A stretch of DNA of 61,219 nt, the filler included, from Kipferlia bialata (lineage: Eukaryota), in assembly GCA_003568945.1 (NCBI GenBank). It is 7 parts of 5 records of this genome, joined end to end, with 100 filler letters (N's around TTAATTAATTAA, not from the genome) between each part and the next. Parts side by side here need not be neighbours in the genome. Positions count along the whole stretch, not along the records: positions 1 to 7,100 come from BDIP01000732.1; positions 7,201 to 11,682 come from BDIP01000732.1; positions 11,783 to 26,943 come from BDIP01000733.1; 4 more parts are not named here. One strand, written 5' to 3'. Positions within the stretch are counted from its first letter, which is position 1. Every line of letters begins with the position of its first letter. Shown here one piece after another: positions 1 through 14,130 of the stretch. The notes below the pieces were generated by a model. That model saw only the letters and a list, made by a program, of their open reading frames with translations. It searched no databases and had not been told where the DNA came from. The translations under genes and the position numbers were made by a program.

Positions 1-38
1 CTCCCTCTCCCTCCCCCCCCCCCCCCCCCCCCCCCCCA

Positions 39-882
39 TGTGTCTGATATGAGGGTCTAGGGTTGCCCCCTGTCTCCTGGCCCTGATGCGTGATTGGGAG
101 AGCCAGGTATGTACTGATACTGATAATGCTAATGAGCCAGGTATGCACGGGAGTTAGTGTAATGTAGTGGTGGCGTTCCACTCTCTTCTATGTGTCTCCT
201 TATCGTCCAGCCGAGAACAGCGGCTGCTGAGACACTGGGGTTTCTGTGCCACAAGGGTATGTGTTGTGTATGTTTTTACCTACAGATATGTGTGGGTGTG
301 CTATTGCTGCCCTGGTGTTCCCCAGAAGGGATGAGTATTCATAGTGGATGTATTCAGCGCTTTTGAATCCCGATATTGACTCGGTACTGATACTAAATAT
401 CTCTGTATCCTTACTTTCAGGTCTCCTTAGAGGCCTTGCAGGTGTCATCTGTCCAGGAGTGGCAGCAGCGCTAGGTATGTATGATGCATTCTCTATTTGT
501 GTTTCCATGTCTCTAATAATGACTGTCCACTATTGTCCATTGGAAATATAGACCTATATATATACGAACACATATGTGCATCCCATCCCAGGCAACGAGG
601 TGGACGATGTGAAGGAGGTCCTAAACCTGATCCCTAGGCTTCTGGCCAATCCCACCTTTGCCGTGCACTGTGTCCCCTACATAGGGTCTCTCATTGGCCC
701 CATTAAGGTATGTGGGTACATGTATACCTACGCAAGGGGTGTACACACACACCCCTATGTGCCGCTGACCCCAGGTTGCCATTGCCCAGGCAGAGCCCAA
801 GAGCAAGGAGAGGAAGCAGAGGTAGGCCTCCCATATATGTGTGTATGTATGTGTATTATATGCATATATATGTGTGTGCTAG

Positions 883-913
<31 letters not shown>

Positions 914-1987
914 CGTATTTAGCTCCATGTGTTTCGCACTGCCTCGTGGCATCGTGGCCACTCTCTCTCCCACTGCACATGACACATCAACATCAACAGG
1001 GGCAGATACGTGCCAGAAGTATGTATATACATATGTATGGTGGATGTACACATATTCTCTACTGACTCTTTGTCTCCCCTTTCTTACCCTAGGCTCGCTC
1101 TCCTAAAGGCTCTCATTGCCCTGCTTCGGTGCAGCAACGAGGCTGCCAAGACAGGGGTTGAGGGTGCAGAGGCAGAGGCAGAGGGGGAGAGAGAGAGAGA
1201 GGCAGAGGGGGAGAGTGCTCCTGCAGCACTCAACAGAGCTGACACCACGGGGGTGGACGCTGACCTGTCTACAGTCAGGGCACAGACAGAGGAGGCACGG
1301 CATGGATACACTGTGGGTATACTCTATAGTATACTCTGTGTATATTCTCTTACTCTCAGGGCTACCACCTGGGCGTGGCCTGGGGAGGTAGGGCAGATGC
1401 GTGGGGTATCCACTCCCTCCTACGTAGACAGATCACCGGCCAGCAGAGTCTACAGGGTGAGTGCCATCTATCGTGTTGTGGGACACTAACCATACATCTC
1501 TACACCTGTGCACTGTACATCTATGGGGATAGATCTGTCATTTATTGTCATTTATTGCCCAACCCGAGGCACTACTCACAATACAACAGAGTGTATCTGA
1601 GATATATATGTATACTGATATACCTCCACTGACTCAGGCACCACCCACAATGCATCCACCCAGGCCAGACTGGGTGTCAATCTCAAGAACAGTAGCGCAG
1701 TGTCCAGAAAGGTAGCAGATATCGTCTACTAATCCATGTTGTCCCTTCGGTTGTTCTAACGAAACCCGATTGTTCTCTCTCCCATGTGTGTTAGTGTGTC
1801 CTCATTGTTAGGTGGAGCCCCTTTCCACGGGACTGGTAGCATCCATCTGTGGAATCATATCAGAACTGAACCCGGTCGAGATTCAGGTCAGACCAGATGT
1901 GTATATTATACTGCTCATCCTTTACATTGGTCAGATGTAATGCACTCAGTTAGAAGAAGTGTCCTCCGTATCCTCTCTCTCTCCCCT

Positions 1988-2032
<45 letters not shown>

Positions 2033-4386
2033 CCCAGAAGGACAAGGGTGAGCTGCTGGAGCTGGCCTGTGTGGCGTTGACAGAGTGTGTGCCCCATGCT
2101 GTCAGGCTGAGAGGCAAGGAGAGAGAGGCAGAGAGAGAGAGACTGGGTATGGATGCAGACTCCAGTGTAGAGGCCCTAGCAGCCCTGGCTAATGTAGACA
2201 GGTAGGATGAAGTGTATACGTGTATTTACCGGTGTCACAGAGAAGGGGTGTGACGTGTGTTTCTGTGCCCACTTTCTTGTAACATACCTGAAGTATACCC
2301 TATGTCATGCATATTTCATAATACCTTATGTCATGCATATTTCATAATACCTTATGGGCAGGAGGGCTCTGCTTGGCTTGGTAGCCAATGCCGCCTATCC
2401 CTATGCGCACAATGAGCTGTCTGCAGTGCTGATTGCCCTTGCCGTTGCCAGGGCAGGGATGCTGAGGGACGAGGACGGGGAGAGGCGGAGGGAGGCCCAG
2501 CGGCTGGCCCATGTGGACACCCCGTACCCCTCGCCCCCGATGTCCCCTGCCATGGGCCATGCCATGGACACGGGGGACAGCATCAACAGGTCGGGGCCTC
2601 ACCCTCTATCCATCTGTATCTCAATGTGGTGGTCTATACACCTCCTTAGCTTCTACACACACCCTGACCCAGGTTCCATATGCTCGGGCCTACCCCCAAG
2701 AGAGTGAGGGGGTCCAGTGGAGAGAAGAAGAAGGGGCGCAACAAGGCCGCGAGAGAGGCTGCCCAGCTGAGGCACCAGCTGTACCTGAGGGAGGAGGCCG
2801 AGAGGCTGGAGAGGGAGGCGCAGCAGGAGAGGCTGGCCAGAAAGGAGAGAGAGGCCCAGCGGCAGAGAGACCTCAGGAGTGATCTCTCAAAGGCAGAGAG
2901 AGACCTGATCAGACACTCCGTGTCGCTGCAACTCCTCAAGAAGTACTCTGACGGCTCCAAGAAGGTCGCTGTCGCCAACACTCAGGTGAGATCCCTTGTC
3001 ATGCCTGTGTGTGTGACTCACTGTGTGTATATTCTGTTCTCTTTGGTGATGTTGGGTGATGTCTCTTGTCAGCTCCCGTTCAGTGTCTCATGTCAGTCAC
3101 GTGCTCTCTCCCTCACCCTCGCTGAGCTGTGTATCTGCTACCCAGACCTGACTTCTCTGTGGAGCATCATGATCAAGTCTGTAGGTATGCATGCCATAGC
3201 GTTGGTGGACCAAGTACATACACACCGAGTCTATGTATATCGTGTACCAATGGGCAGGGGCTAGTGGCTGCGGTGGGTTCTGAACAGTGTTTTATGGTTT
3301 TCCCTCACTCTGATGACAACATCATATAATACCAGGAAACCCTGTGGCGTTTGGGTGCATGCTGGCCCCTGCCTGTAAGGCCCTGGCCGATGCCATCCGC
3401 CCTGCCTCTCCTGCCAGCGTCCTGTCCACGGACCCAGACGCCCCTGTGCCCCCACCTCCTCTCTCCAGAGACGCCCTGTCCGCTGCAGAGCTGGTGCTGG
3501 GCCACGCAGGGCAGCTGCTGGGGAGGCAGAGCTTCATCAGACGGAGGGGGCTAGGGAAACCATGCGACATTCCCAGGTGTGTCCATATGTACTTGACTCT
3601 ATTATTCATATTTATAGATATGCTCTATTGTGTCTTGGACTCTCATGTTTCAGGCCTGAAGCACTGTCTGGTGATGTAGCCTTGCTGGATGTCCTCTATG
3701 GGCTGCTGTCCTGGGTCCAGAGAGTCAGGTAGGGAGTGGGCCATTAAAGCATATATATGTATATATATTAATATGTATGTATGTGTATATAGGTTACTCG
3801 CGTACATGCTAATGTCTGTGGTCTGGTGCCAATGCTCTCTGTCCTACTGTGTAGCATGTAGTGTGTAGAGTGTGGTATGATATATGTAGTGTGTAGTGTA
3901 TTGTATGCCGTGTGCAGTATATATATATGTATATTGCTCTCCCCCCACTCCCAGGTTGGCCAGTCGGTCTTGTCCCGAGTGCCAACTTGAGGATCAGGCC
4001 TCCGCCAGGCTGTGTGCCCTCACCGCCAAGTTCTTTGGTTCACTGCCCTCAGCCACATTCATTGCCATCGAGAGAGACATGGGTGGGTCGGAGTGGTGTT
4101 CCAGCTGCACTATACTCATTCTGTCTCTTCATACCTATTCCTATTCTCTGCAACATCCTCTGACCCAGGCAAGTTTGGGCGCCTCGTCTTCTCTCCCCTG
4201 GCCGATCTCTGCAGGTACGGGGGTCCCAGTGCCCTCTCCGCCGTCGTCAGGGTGTTCTCTCTGATGGCCGTGGTCTACCCAGAGAGCCATGCCGCAGTGC
4301 TGGCCCGGATAGCAGAGGTCCCCCTGCTGTCGGCTGAGATGCACAGGCTGGATCTCGATTGGCAGCTGGGAATGAGGCATAAGTGA
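39..4386 (+). CDS. Multi-exon hypothetical alpha-helical (ARM/HEAT-like) protein, 5' end probably missing at window start
   Basis: Chain of exons bounded by ...CCCAG / GT, e.g. ~592-707 NEVDDVKEVLNLIPRLLANPTFAVHCVPYIGSLIGPIK, ~2673-2985 with an EREAQQERLARKERE coiled segment, and a last exon ending LDLDWQLGMRHK-stop at 4386. No family recognised. Confidence 0.65.
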
Positions 4387-5774
4387 CCAGTGACCATTCA
4401 ATATCAAGCTGTCGCTAATAGCAAGCGATTGCCACTTTACAGACTTCAATAGAAATGCGTTATATATGAGTTGGTGGGATAGATTTCGCCCATAGAGTAA
4501 TTTTGACCAATGCGAACATGACACTAACTGTTGTGTGTATCTATATAGCGTGTGATATAACTATCCTGTCTACATAGTCTACTTAGATCTATGTAGCAGC
4601 ATCATCGATATAATGAAGACAGATATCTCCGATTTCAAATATGTATATATATATGTATCTAAATGTGTAGTGACTAGATTCTTGTCAACGAAGCTGATAG
4701 CTACAAGCTATTTACGCAATTGTTCCTGTTATGTCCGAATCAAGCACTTCCATAACCGCAAGTAGAATAATAATGGCATATTCATCGAATGTTTGTAAGT
4801 TACATTGTAACATTGAGCCACCGGCCACACCTTGACAGTTCCACTACTCCGATTGTGATGGCAGTTGTATGATGTAGTCCGATATATAAACATGAACTCC
4901 AATGCCCTGGCGCTGGACGGAATTTCGCTATATACTTTCACTATATAGACCTGGCAGTATGAAGTGCCTGTTTTGAATCGTTCCACGATGGATACAAAAC
5001 ACATGAAGAGCTTGTAGAATACACCAGGCATGGTAAATTTTACCGTAAAACCCGGAAACTTACCTATGTCTCCTAAGTATACCGGATCAAGGAGGAATCT
5101 GACGGCGTATTACGGAAATTCCTGTGTATTCCATCCACAAACACCAACAGAATGGGCTTCTCTCACCGTATGTCTGATACTACAAATGTATATTCTTCAC
5201 TATTAAACTGTGCAAACCCCCGCATTCTCGGACCAGCACTATTTGACTAAAGAGCAGTTGTCTGTCAGGGAATAGATGGGGCCCATCATGGGCTGAATAT
5301 GAGTAGAAGATATGTGAGTCCCACCTCAGGCTGAGACTGTGTCACTCCAAGACTTAGAGTCTATGGCTGGGTCTCATGAATCATGAGTCATGATACTCAA
5401 GACTTCGAGTGCTGCTCAGACTCAACTTATGTGCCAGAGTCTGCCGAAGACGATGGTCACGGAATATATGTGCATAAAGAGGAAGCATCTGTCTGACTGA
5501 TTCACTTACTCTGAAGGATACTGAGGTATTGTATATTGATTCCATACGGTACTCTGAGTGTTACGGTACTCTACAGAGTGTACTGCCCTCTGTAACACAC
5601 CACAGTATCAAATGACACCTTACCGGTATTGCTAGTTGTCTATTTGTTACATGTGAAGTCTCTTACAGACTTGCTCAGTATCCGAGGAGTCCGTATTGCA
5701 ATACAGAGACATACGAAGGGTGCTGTGGTCCCGTCCATTCATTCATACAATCCTATACACCTGTCTATATCCCC

Positions 5775-7016
5775 CTAGACAGGTGCTGACGCATGGTGGC
5801 CTCAGCCTGGGGGTGAGGTATTGCCAGATATAGACGATGGAAACTACTATTGCAGCATATACGTGTACATGGATATATCACCGATGTACCTGGGCATAAA
5901 TGTCCATCTGGCGCTGCCTCTCCGACACCTGCCCACCCCGCTCAAGGCCAAGCTCATCCTCTAGCTCTAGATCTCTCTCTCTCTGCCTCTCCTTCTCTTC
6001 CTCCCTCTCCAGACGTCTCTCCTCGGCTCTGGCAGCCTCTCTCTCTCTCTCCTCTCGCTGAACGTTCCTCTCTCTCTCGAGCCCAAGTGTCGTATCAGCT
6101 AGGGCTCTCTCCCTCTCGTCATCCCTCTCCTTGTGGTTAGGAACAAACACTAAAAGGAGACTGAAAGAGTGTGTCAATCTACTCCAAATACAGACGCATG
6201 CAAAACTACGAACAGGACGGGTGTACCTTCTCTCGCTGCCTGGCCACTCGCTCCTCCTCCCTGCGCAGGATGTCAGACCTCTCATCCACCCTGGGGTGAG
6301 AGGCGCCACAGAGCGTATACATCAGCGACACTGTGGTTCTAAAACAAGAGAACTGGCCAGTACTTATACATACTCATGGGTAAATATATGTAGTGCCTAG
6401 TGCAACACACACGTTGGTCACCCCCACCTTCTCTGCCCCTCCTTGACAGCAACCTCCTTGTCAGCAAGGGACGCCATGCGCTCGGCCTGGGATGAATGAA
6501 GGGGGAAGACATATGTACATAAGTTCCAAGGTGCATCCGCAGATCAGAAGAGACAGACTGAGAGAGCTATAGAGACAGAGAGACTCACCAGGGCGGCCTC
6601 CCTTCTGGTCAGACGCTCTCTCCAGTCCTGCATCTCTCTAGGGGTGAGGAGGGACACACATATATACAAATGCAACTGTGGATAGGGACATAGAGATCTA
6701 TACACACACATGTATAATACACAGGGCAGTCACTGTGACCTATACAGTGGCCCTCTCACTGATACCATACCTCTGGACCCCCGTGCTCCTGAGCGTGATG
6801 ACGTTGACCTTGGTCTCGAGACGCTCAACCTCCTCCCTGACCATCAGTCTGTTACAGTGCACCTGTACTGGGATATTCAAATATATATAGTACACCCACA
6901 CCCACACATATAAATACACACCTGTGCTTCGTAGCCAGCATCACGGAGTGCTCCTCGGTCTGGGCCAGTCTGGCCTTGTAGGTGGCCAGGGCCAGCTCCT
7001 TCTCCTTCAGAGCAAC
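5775..7016 (-). CDS. Coiled-coil protein, 3' part only (5' end lost at linker)
   Basis: About six exons with canonical fused acceptors, E/R/L-rich translation (ERRLEREEEKERQRERDLELEDELGLER), last exon AEATMRQHLS-stop. Confidence 0.6.
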
Positions 7017-7100
7017 CTGGGGTCAGTGCCTGCAGAACACTCAGGGTACACGGGGGGCGGGGCGGGGGGGGGGGGGGGGGGAGGAATGTTTGAGGCAAAA

Positions 7101-7200
7101 NNNNNNNNNNNNNNNNNNNNNNNNNNNNNNNNNNNNNNNNNNNNTTAATTAATTAANNNNNNNNNNNNNNNNNNNNNNNNNNNNNNNNNNNNNNNNNNNN
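7101..7200. other. Artificial contig linker
   Basis: N44-TTAATTAATTAA-N44 (stop codons in all six frames), repeated identically six times in the window. Confidence 0.95.
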
Positions 7201-7298
7201 GGGCGGGGGGGGGGGGGCGAGCAGAGAGAGAGACAGAGTACTGATATATACCCTGCTACTAACTAGACACATACATAAGATATGCATTCACCCCCGTA

Positions 7299-7796
7299 CC
7301 TGCACCAGGAAGTGTGACTGCACCTCCATCTCGGCCATGGTCTTAGTAGTGTTAGTGTCAGAGGGGAGGGGGGTGTCCACCACAGGCTCAACGACCACAG
7401 CAGCCGGGGGTGTGGGTACAACCACTGGCACACTTGGTACAACGGGTGACACGACAGGGGACACTACAGCCTGAGGTGAGAGGGGTGAGAGAGTAGGCGC
7501 ATTCAATCCAACCCTCCCTACCTTGGTGGGACTGGGGACATGGGGGGACACGGTCTCAACCTTCTTGGGACTGGGTGTGGGGCTGGTGGGCATGCCCCCA
7601 CTCCGCTGTGCCTTCATAGAGGATGAGAGAGACTGCACAAGGGCAGCCTGGGGTCAGCGGCATAGTGGATTGAGGTATGGTGGCACACAGCCATACAGAG
7701 GTGATGGGCTTTTAAATAGCACCCCGATGAAGAAAATGACCCACTGTCTTGTGGTTGTACCTTCAGAGTTCCCTTTCTGCGTGGTGTTGTGCGCAT
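7299..7796 (-). CDS. 5' part of a Pro/Ser/Thr/Val-rich hypothetical protein
   Basis: ATG at 7796 (MRTTPRRKGTLK|GT), intron, then exon AALVQSLSSSMKAQRSGGMPTSPTPSPKK...HFLVQ|GT; runs into the linker. Confidence 0.55.
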
Positions 7797-7916
7797 TGTG
7801 ACAGTCGTATAGAGACGAGACCGATTTGACAACGTCAGATTCAGTCCACTTTATTATTGTCAATATGGAACAAAATGTATACACCCAAACCCCTTCAGCA
7901 ACACGTTAAGGCAAAT

Positions 7917-10900
7917 CTATTCCAGTGCCTCCTATGCGTACAGCTGCTCCCCAACCGCAGCGTTCATGGCCTTGATGAGTCTCTTCTGGCCCTTGGCAGA
8001 TCCAGTGACCCAGGGCTGGGCACGGGACACGACCTGGCGGTAAGGGGTATGGACAAACAGTAGGACAATCACACTATTGATTATGTATAGTGTGTATGTA
8101 TGTGTATATGTACCTCCTTGACGGACAGGTATGCCTTCTTGAGCAGACCCTCGGCCAGCTCAAGGGGCTCACCTCCTGGGGGTGAGGCACATGTGGGTGT
8201 GTGATAGAACATACATAGTGACTGTGGACAAAACACAAACTCTATACGTACCCTTCTTGGACAGGCTGCTCAGAACCAGACAGACTAGTGCACACAGGGC
8301 GGGGAGGGCCTGGGGGTGAGACTAATGCACTATGTAGAATGCCAATAACACAATCCCATGGCCCTACCTCGCTCTCGACCTCCTCCTCATCGACAGATGC
8401 TATGGACAGGGCATTGATGTGGGTGCACACAGTGGAGAAGAGGGTGTTGTGGGTGGCCTTGCCAGGGACAGGCGTGGCACGCATCACAACACGGTGTCTA
8501 GAGGGGTTAGAGAACATTGTCAACCTTGGAATGTAACTATGGTATATATGTGTATATGCATCATACCTTGTGAGTGAGTCCTCTGCCTCCAGAGATAACT
8601 GCACCATGACCCCTGCCGCACACTCAGTGGCAGGGTCAGAGGCAGGGGAGGACACTATCTGGTGGGCACAGGAGCGGGTCAGGACACCGACAATGTCAGA
8701 CTTCTTCTGAGAGAGTTAGTCAAGTGATTCAGATCTAGTGCCTACAAGGGAGCAGTGAAGCGGATGCCTGTACCTTCCCCTCAGCCTTGAGCCATGCTGT
8801 GAAGGCGGGTCTGTTGGTGGAGGCCAGCTGGGCCAGGAAGGATAGAACAGCACGTCTAGGGGTGAGGAGAGCAGAGAGCGCATTGAAATACCATACAAAC
8901 TTGGTATATACATGTATGTGTGGTACAAGATGTACCTGATGTGGGGGTCGATCTTGACCACAATCACCTCCCCGTCTGCCAGTACCCCAGGCCTGAGACA
9001 CAAGGTGATGATGTCTGTGTCAGACAGGGTGTCGGGGGTGCCAACGGTGTCACTGGGGTGAGGGGACATACTGTACAAGTGAGAGATGTATATATACCAT
9101 ATATGTACCTGTCCGTGTCCCTCTCTATACATACACTGTATAACTGATAGGTTATATACAATACTGTATATACACATACACTCTCTGTACCTGTCCGTGT
9201 CCCTCTCTATGCTGAAGTCGGGGTGGCTGCTCAGAGTGCCACACACACACGACACATTCTCTACAATCTCCATGGCCTCCTCAACTGGGGGTGAGGGGTA
9301 TATGAGGGAGATAGGGATGATAAAGAATACAGATAGGGACGAATATAATAACCCATGGCCTCCTCAACTGGGGGTGAGGAAGAGAGAGCAGGAATTGAGA
9401 GGGTATAGGTATGGATACTGGTAGGGCACTAACCTGTCAGGGCGTCATCCTCTAAGATACCCCGTTGGAACAGTGTCCTGGGGGTGAGGGGCAACTGACT
9501 AGACCTCAAAAACAGGTTATCAATAATAGTCTCTCACACAGCTACTAGTATATATATTCCCACCTAATGTTGCTGATTGTGGCTAGCATGGACGTTGCAG
9601 TATATTTATATATACTCACTCCATATCTACACAATGCTGCAAGTAGTGTATACCTGATGTTGCTGATTGTGGCCAGAATGGACGTTGCAGTATATAGAAA
9701 ATATAGACTCACACCATATCTACACAATACTGCAAGTAGATCATACCTGATGTTGCTGATTGTGGCCAGCATGGATGGGACTGACTCCAATAGAGACTGG
9801 GGGGCTGAGGCAGGGTCTAGCAGCACAAGAGATGCGAGGAGGGCAGACGCAGACTGAGGTGAGATATATATACATGTGATAAACACAGACAGAGCAAAAG
9901 TAAGTGTCATACTGGATGCCATGCCATCGACACACTTCCCCATGTGGGTACCTGCGTGATATCGTCTATAAGCACTGTCACGCCCTGGTCCTGGGCCTCC
10001 CTCAGACGGTCCCTGGGGGTAGGTATCTATGTATATATACAGTATTACAAGGTATACGGACAGCACCCCGGTACCTCTTTGTCTCTGATGCAACAGATGC
10101 CACGTGGTGCTTGTAGGCCAGCATGTACTCAACCAGGGTCTGGGGGGTGAGCACATACTGGGATATACCACCCTAAACTATATATATATAGGGCCTGGGG
10201 GTGAGAAGACATCACAGGGCAGATTCATAGTGGAAACATCTACTCACACACACCTCCGGCATTCATCGATATATAGAGACACAGAGGGAGAATACTAGAA
10301 GATACACAGAGAGAGGCGGACCCCGCACCTCTGGCAGTCTGCAGTGTGTCAGGACATGCACAATGTCATCGGTCATGGCAGCCCTGGGGTCAGAACAGGG
10401 GTACACAAAGACGACAGAATGTACACATATCACCCAGCCGTGGTACATATACGTGAATTATATGTCCCACTGACCTAGCCTTGGCCTTCTCCTCCTCCAT
10501 GTCCTCCTCCAGCATGGAGTCTCCCTTGACCTGGGATGAGTATGTATATAGAGAGACATATCCACTTGGTATTGATGACACCAGAGGTATTCTCACCTCA
10601 ATGACAGCCTCCACCATGGATATCCTCTACACAAGATAGTAATGCGATAATATACGTAGATGTGTACTACATATATACAAACCTCAATGATAGCCTCCAC
10701 CATGGCTATGTTCTGCATCACCAAGTCGTGCTGCTTTGACTCCTTCTCGGCCTCTCTCTTGGCCTCGCCCTTCCGCCTCTCCCGCACCTCACGCTGCTTC
10801 CTGGGGTTAACACATATAACTACGCGATATATGCAAGAGACAAACATAATATGAATCTACGCGGTAAGGGGAAGATAGACACATACCTCCTCAGCTTTGA

Positions 10901-11682
10901 CAGCCTTGTGATGCTGTTGGCCACTGCATCAAGGACATGGGAGGAGACAGAGTCAGACGCCTCGGCAGACCTCTTGTCACCACTCTGAGGGTCAGGGAGA
11001 GTGAGTAAGGATGCACTAGGAGAGTGTGCCCTTGTACAAGTATATAACTACATATATAATTGCAATTACATATACATATATATATACCTTCTTCCCCCCC
11101 AATAGGATGAGGTCGTGTGCGAACTGTGTGTATGTGAGGGACTCCTCCTCAGAGGACTGGGCTGTCTCGGACAGCATCTCGGACAGGAGGGTGGCAGCGG
11201 CCAGGCCTGGGGGGAGAAGGGACGGAAGATAAAGGGAAGGGGTAGAGTATGAATTTAGTGTAGCGACTGGTACTATCCCTGCCCTGACCTATGTCGACGT
11301 TGGCATGGCTGATGAGGCCAATCACAGCCTCCCCACCCCCACAGGTCAGGAACTCGGCATAGAGGTCAGGCCTGGCAGTCAGACAAGACAGAGAAGTGGT
11401 GAGGGGGGGTAGGCGGAGTGTATCGCAAATACAAGTATCAGTACCAGTTCCATACCTGAGAGCGATCTGCCTCAGCACCTCCAGCACGTCCTGCAACTGG
11501 GTGTCTGTGTCCTGGTAGGCAAAGGACTTGGTCTTGCTCTTCCTGAGGATGAGGGTGACGAGGAGAGTGATACATTGAAGGAGAGGTCAACAGAGTCGGG
11601 TAGAGAGATGAGGTGGAGAGGGGGGTGGGTGGGGGGGGGGGGGGGGGGCTGCAGGTATCTGTTACCTGTTCTTTCTCCTGAT
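7917..11682 (-). CDS. CTNNBL1: Beta-catenin-like protein 1 (Prp19-complex spliceosomal ARM protein), N-terminus truncated
   Basis: Spliced translation DTQLQDVLEVLRQIALRPDLYAEFLTCGGGEAVIGLISHANVDIGLAAATLLSEM matches the remembered CTNNBL1 motif (EMHVVATMPDLYHLLVELNAVQSLLGLLGHDNTDVSIAVVDLLQEL). Later QNIAMVEAIIE and EEAMEIVENVSCVCGTL correspond to HNTLAIVENMAE and EEQEMMENLFDSLCSCL. Stop TAG at 7917-7919. Confidence 0.8.
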
Positions 11683-11782
11683 NNNNNNNNNNNNNNNNNN
11701 NNNNNNNNNNNNNNNNNNNNNNNNNNTTAATTAATTAANNNNNNNNNNNNNNNNNNNNNNNNNNNNNNNNNNNNNNNNNNNN
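11683..11782. other. Artificial contig linker
   Basis: N44-TTAATTAATTAA-N44. Confidence 0.95.
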
Positions 11783-12552
11783 CAGCTGAATACCTCGTCT
11801 CTCTCGTTGGCTTCATGACTCAGTCAGCTGGGTGTGATACAATCACCGGCTAGCCTAGCCGGCGGCTAGTGCTGCTTGATAGTGTGAAGACTGTGGTTTG
11901 GTTGCCGATGACGCCTGAGGTGGAGGGAGAGAGGAGCTGACAGCAACTAGCTATACGAACGAATGCGAGCGCGGAAACCCTCAATTTGACGCCATCAATC
12001 ATTTCAAGGATAGATCATTCATGACTGGAAGTAACTAGTCTAGACTTTGGATGACTGACTTGTACTAGTTTACGAATGTGTATAGAGATAGAAACATTAC
12101 TGTGATGTAGGGCATTATTGGGAGGGAGTCGAAAAGAATCCAAAGACATGAACTGAAGTGATTCACTTCAAGTGACCAAGAGTAGCACGTTACTAACAGC
12201 TAGTCCCTCGATATGATATTACTATGGACCATAGTCTATGGTTGTCGGTATTGAGTAACCGCAGAGTTCGTTCTGTATTGTAAATCATAGACAACTCTAC
12301 CTGCATATATACAACCACGTTGTGGTCCACAACCATATACAAATTCCAGTATGACAATAGTGTGTACCGCATCCTCACGTCAATATCCGATGTCCCAAAA
12401 GAGCAATTCCTCTATTCCCTCTCCCAACACTATGTACATACACTCAGCCCTCTAGCTTCTCTCTCACCCTGGCCTCTCTCTCCATACTCTCTCCCTCAGT
12501 GGGGTGGGCAGCGTAACCCATACGCAGTACAAACAACTTTGGCAGGATGGCT

Positions 12553-13960
12553 CTACTCGGTTGTCCATCTATCCACACGATCCAACAGTGAGCTCGCTAG
12601 CTTGAGTTTCACCCTGACCACTCTCACCCTACGCTCACTCAGTGGAGAGGGGTTGTGCCATGACCCATCTCTGTACCTCAGTCTTCCACCCTCCACACGT
12701 GACTGTGTATGTGTCATTGTAGAGTGCGACACAGAACCTGCTCTACCAGTGTATATAGGGCCGCGGTTGAGAGGCAGTTGCGTACGTTGTAGCTCTGTAG
12801 CGCTGTCTGTAGGGACTATACCAAGTCCTATCGCATCCTCTGCCTTCTTCTGTCTCTCTCTCTCCTTCCTTCTCCTCCTGCTTGCCCTGTTCTTCTCTCT
12901 CTTCCGCTCTACGACCTCTCTCTCTCTAGCCAGCGATGCAGCTGCATTGATATCAAACGCCTGTCTCAGAGGCTCGTATGCCTCCAGAGCTCTCTTGGTG
13001 ACAGGAGGAATCTCACTGTTCTTGAACCTATAGTTAGGAACTCATATACCAACCACATACCTTACTGACTCTACAACTGTCGCGTCACAGAGTCCAACAA
13101 GTCAATGTACATCAGCAACATTATTATGGTACCAGATATACTTTGCCAGTAGACGGGGATGGTCTCTAATGTAGACAGCTAGCATTCCAGGGACCTGTCG
13201 GAAGATCTCTTTGACAGTGGCCACACTATCTGCCACAGTTCCTCGGATATTGTCCCGGTGATGCTCTAGCAACTCATTCTCCTATGGATGAGTTCCTTCC
13301 CTTAATAGTTGCTGTGTCATAACTATATATTGTGAATGGATTTACATGGATCTTTCCAGTCGTAATACACCAGCGCCATTGACATGTATTCATTGTATAC
13401 TATGCATATATATCCATAATATTCTTCTGTTTACAGTAGGAATAGTGTCACTTTGAGCATATGCTATAAATACTCCCTATACGTATTGGCACTTACGTCT
13501 TCTGTGAGTGATCTGCCGGCCTTAAGCTTCTGCATCACCGCTGCCACAGCGTCTCCTTCACCAACCGAGACAGAGAGGATACCCTCCTCAAAGGTTGCTC
13601 TTGCATACTCTAGGGCAGTGGAGAGTGCCTGCTCAAAACCAGAGTGCCTATTCATGAGAGGGTCAATGAACGAGTATAGTGGGTAATCCCGATTCGGTAG
13701 GGTCAGTTCTGAGTAAATCAAACAAGTCGGCTGCTGAAAAGCAGAATGATGTCATATTCACTCCCCATCCACGCTATAGTTGTAAGTAAGGACACTCTCC
13801 TACCTAGGCATAAGGGCCAACCCACTCTGGGTACCAGACACTCACTCACTCCTACCTAAGTCCCCTGTACTTAGAGGGAGGAGCTGTAAGCTCAGCATGA
13901 CTAGGCTTAGTAGTCGCTTGAATACCTCAGATTCCGGTTGACGCCATCATGTTCCAACTA
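12553..13960 (-). pseudogene. Degenerate or unresolved multi-exon gene of unknown function
   Basis: Exon-like blocks with splice signals: ~13710-13497 (DPLMNRHSGFEQALSTALEYARATFEEG), ~13280-13142 (frame switch needed) and 13027-12553 (FKNSEIPPVTKRALEAYEPLRQAF...WTTE-stop). I could not assemble one open frame. Confidence 0.35.
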
Positions 13961-14130
13961 GAGATGATACGGGTACACACCATTACTGCACTACAGCTCT
14001 GCATTGTTTACACATAAGGCGGCGCCAGCATTCAACAAGAATCGCAAGCAATCTATTAGATCAAAGGGTGCTTTGTCAAGAAGGCTCTACATTACATAAG
14101 GAATCACACTCTACATGACACTACATGTGG

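Noticed and set aside
4390..5770. Long intergenic stretch with GACTC/GAGTC-rich palindromic patch (~5325-5445) as a transposon or ncRNA
   Set aside because: No terminal repeats, target duplication, transposase motif or recognisable RNA fold could be supported.
7145..7156. TTAATTAATTAA motif repeated six times within N runs
   Set aside because: Artificial six-frame-stop linker between contigs, not biological.
12320..13033. 237-aa plus-strand ORF
   Set aside because: Antisense shadow of the minus-strand exon 13027-12553; non-ATG start.
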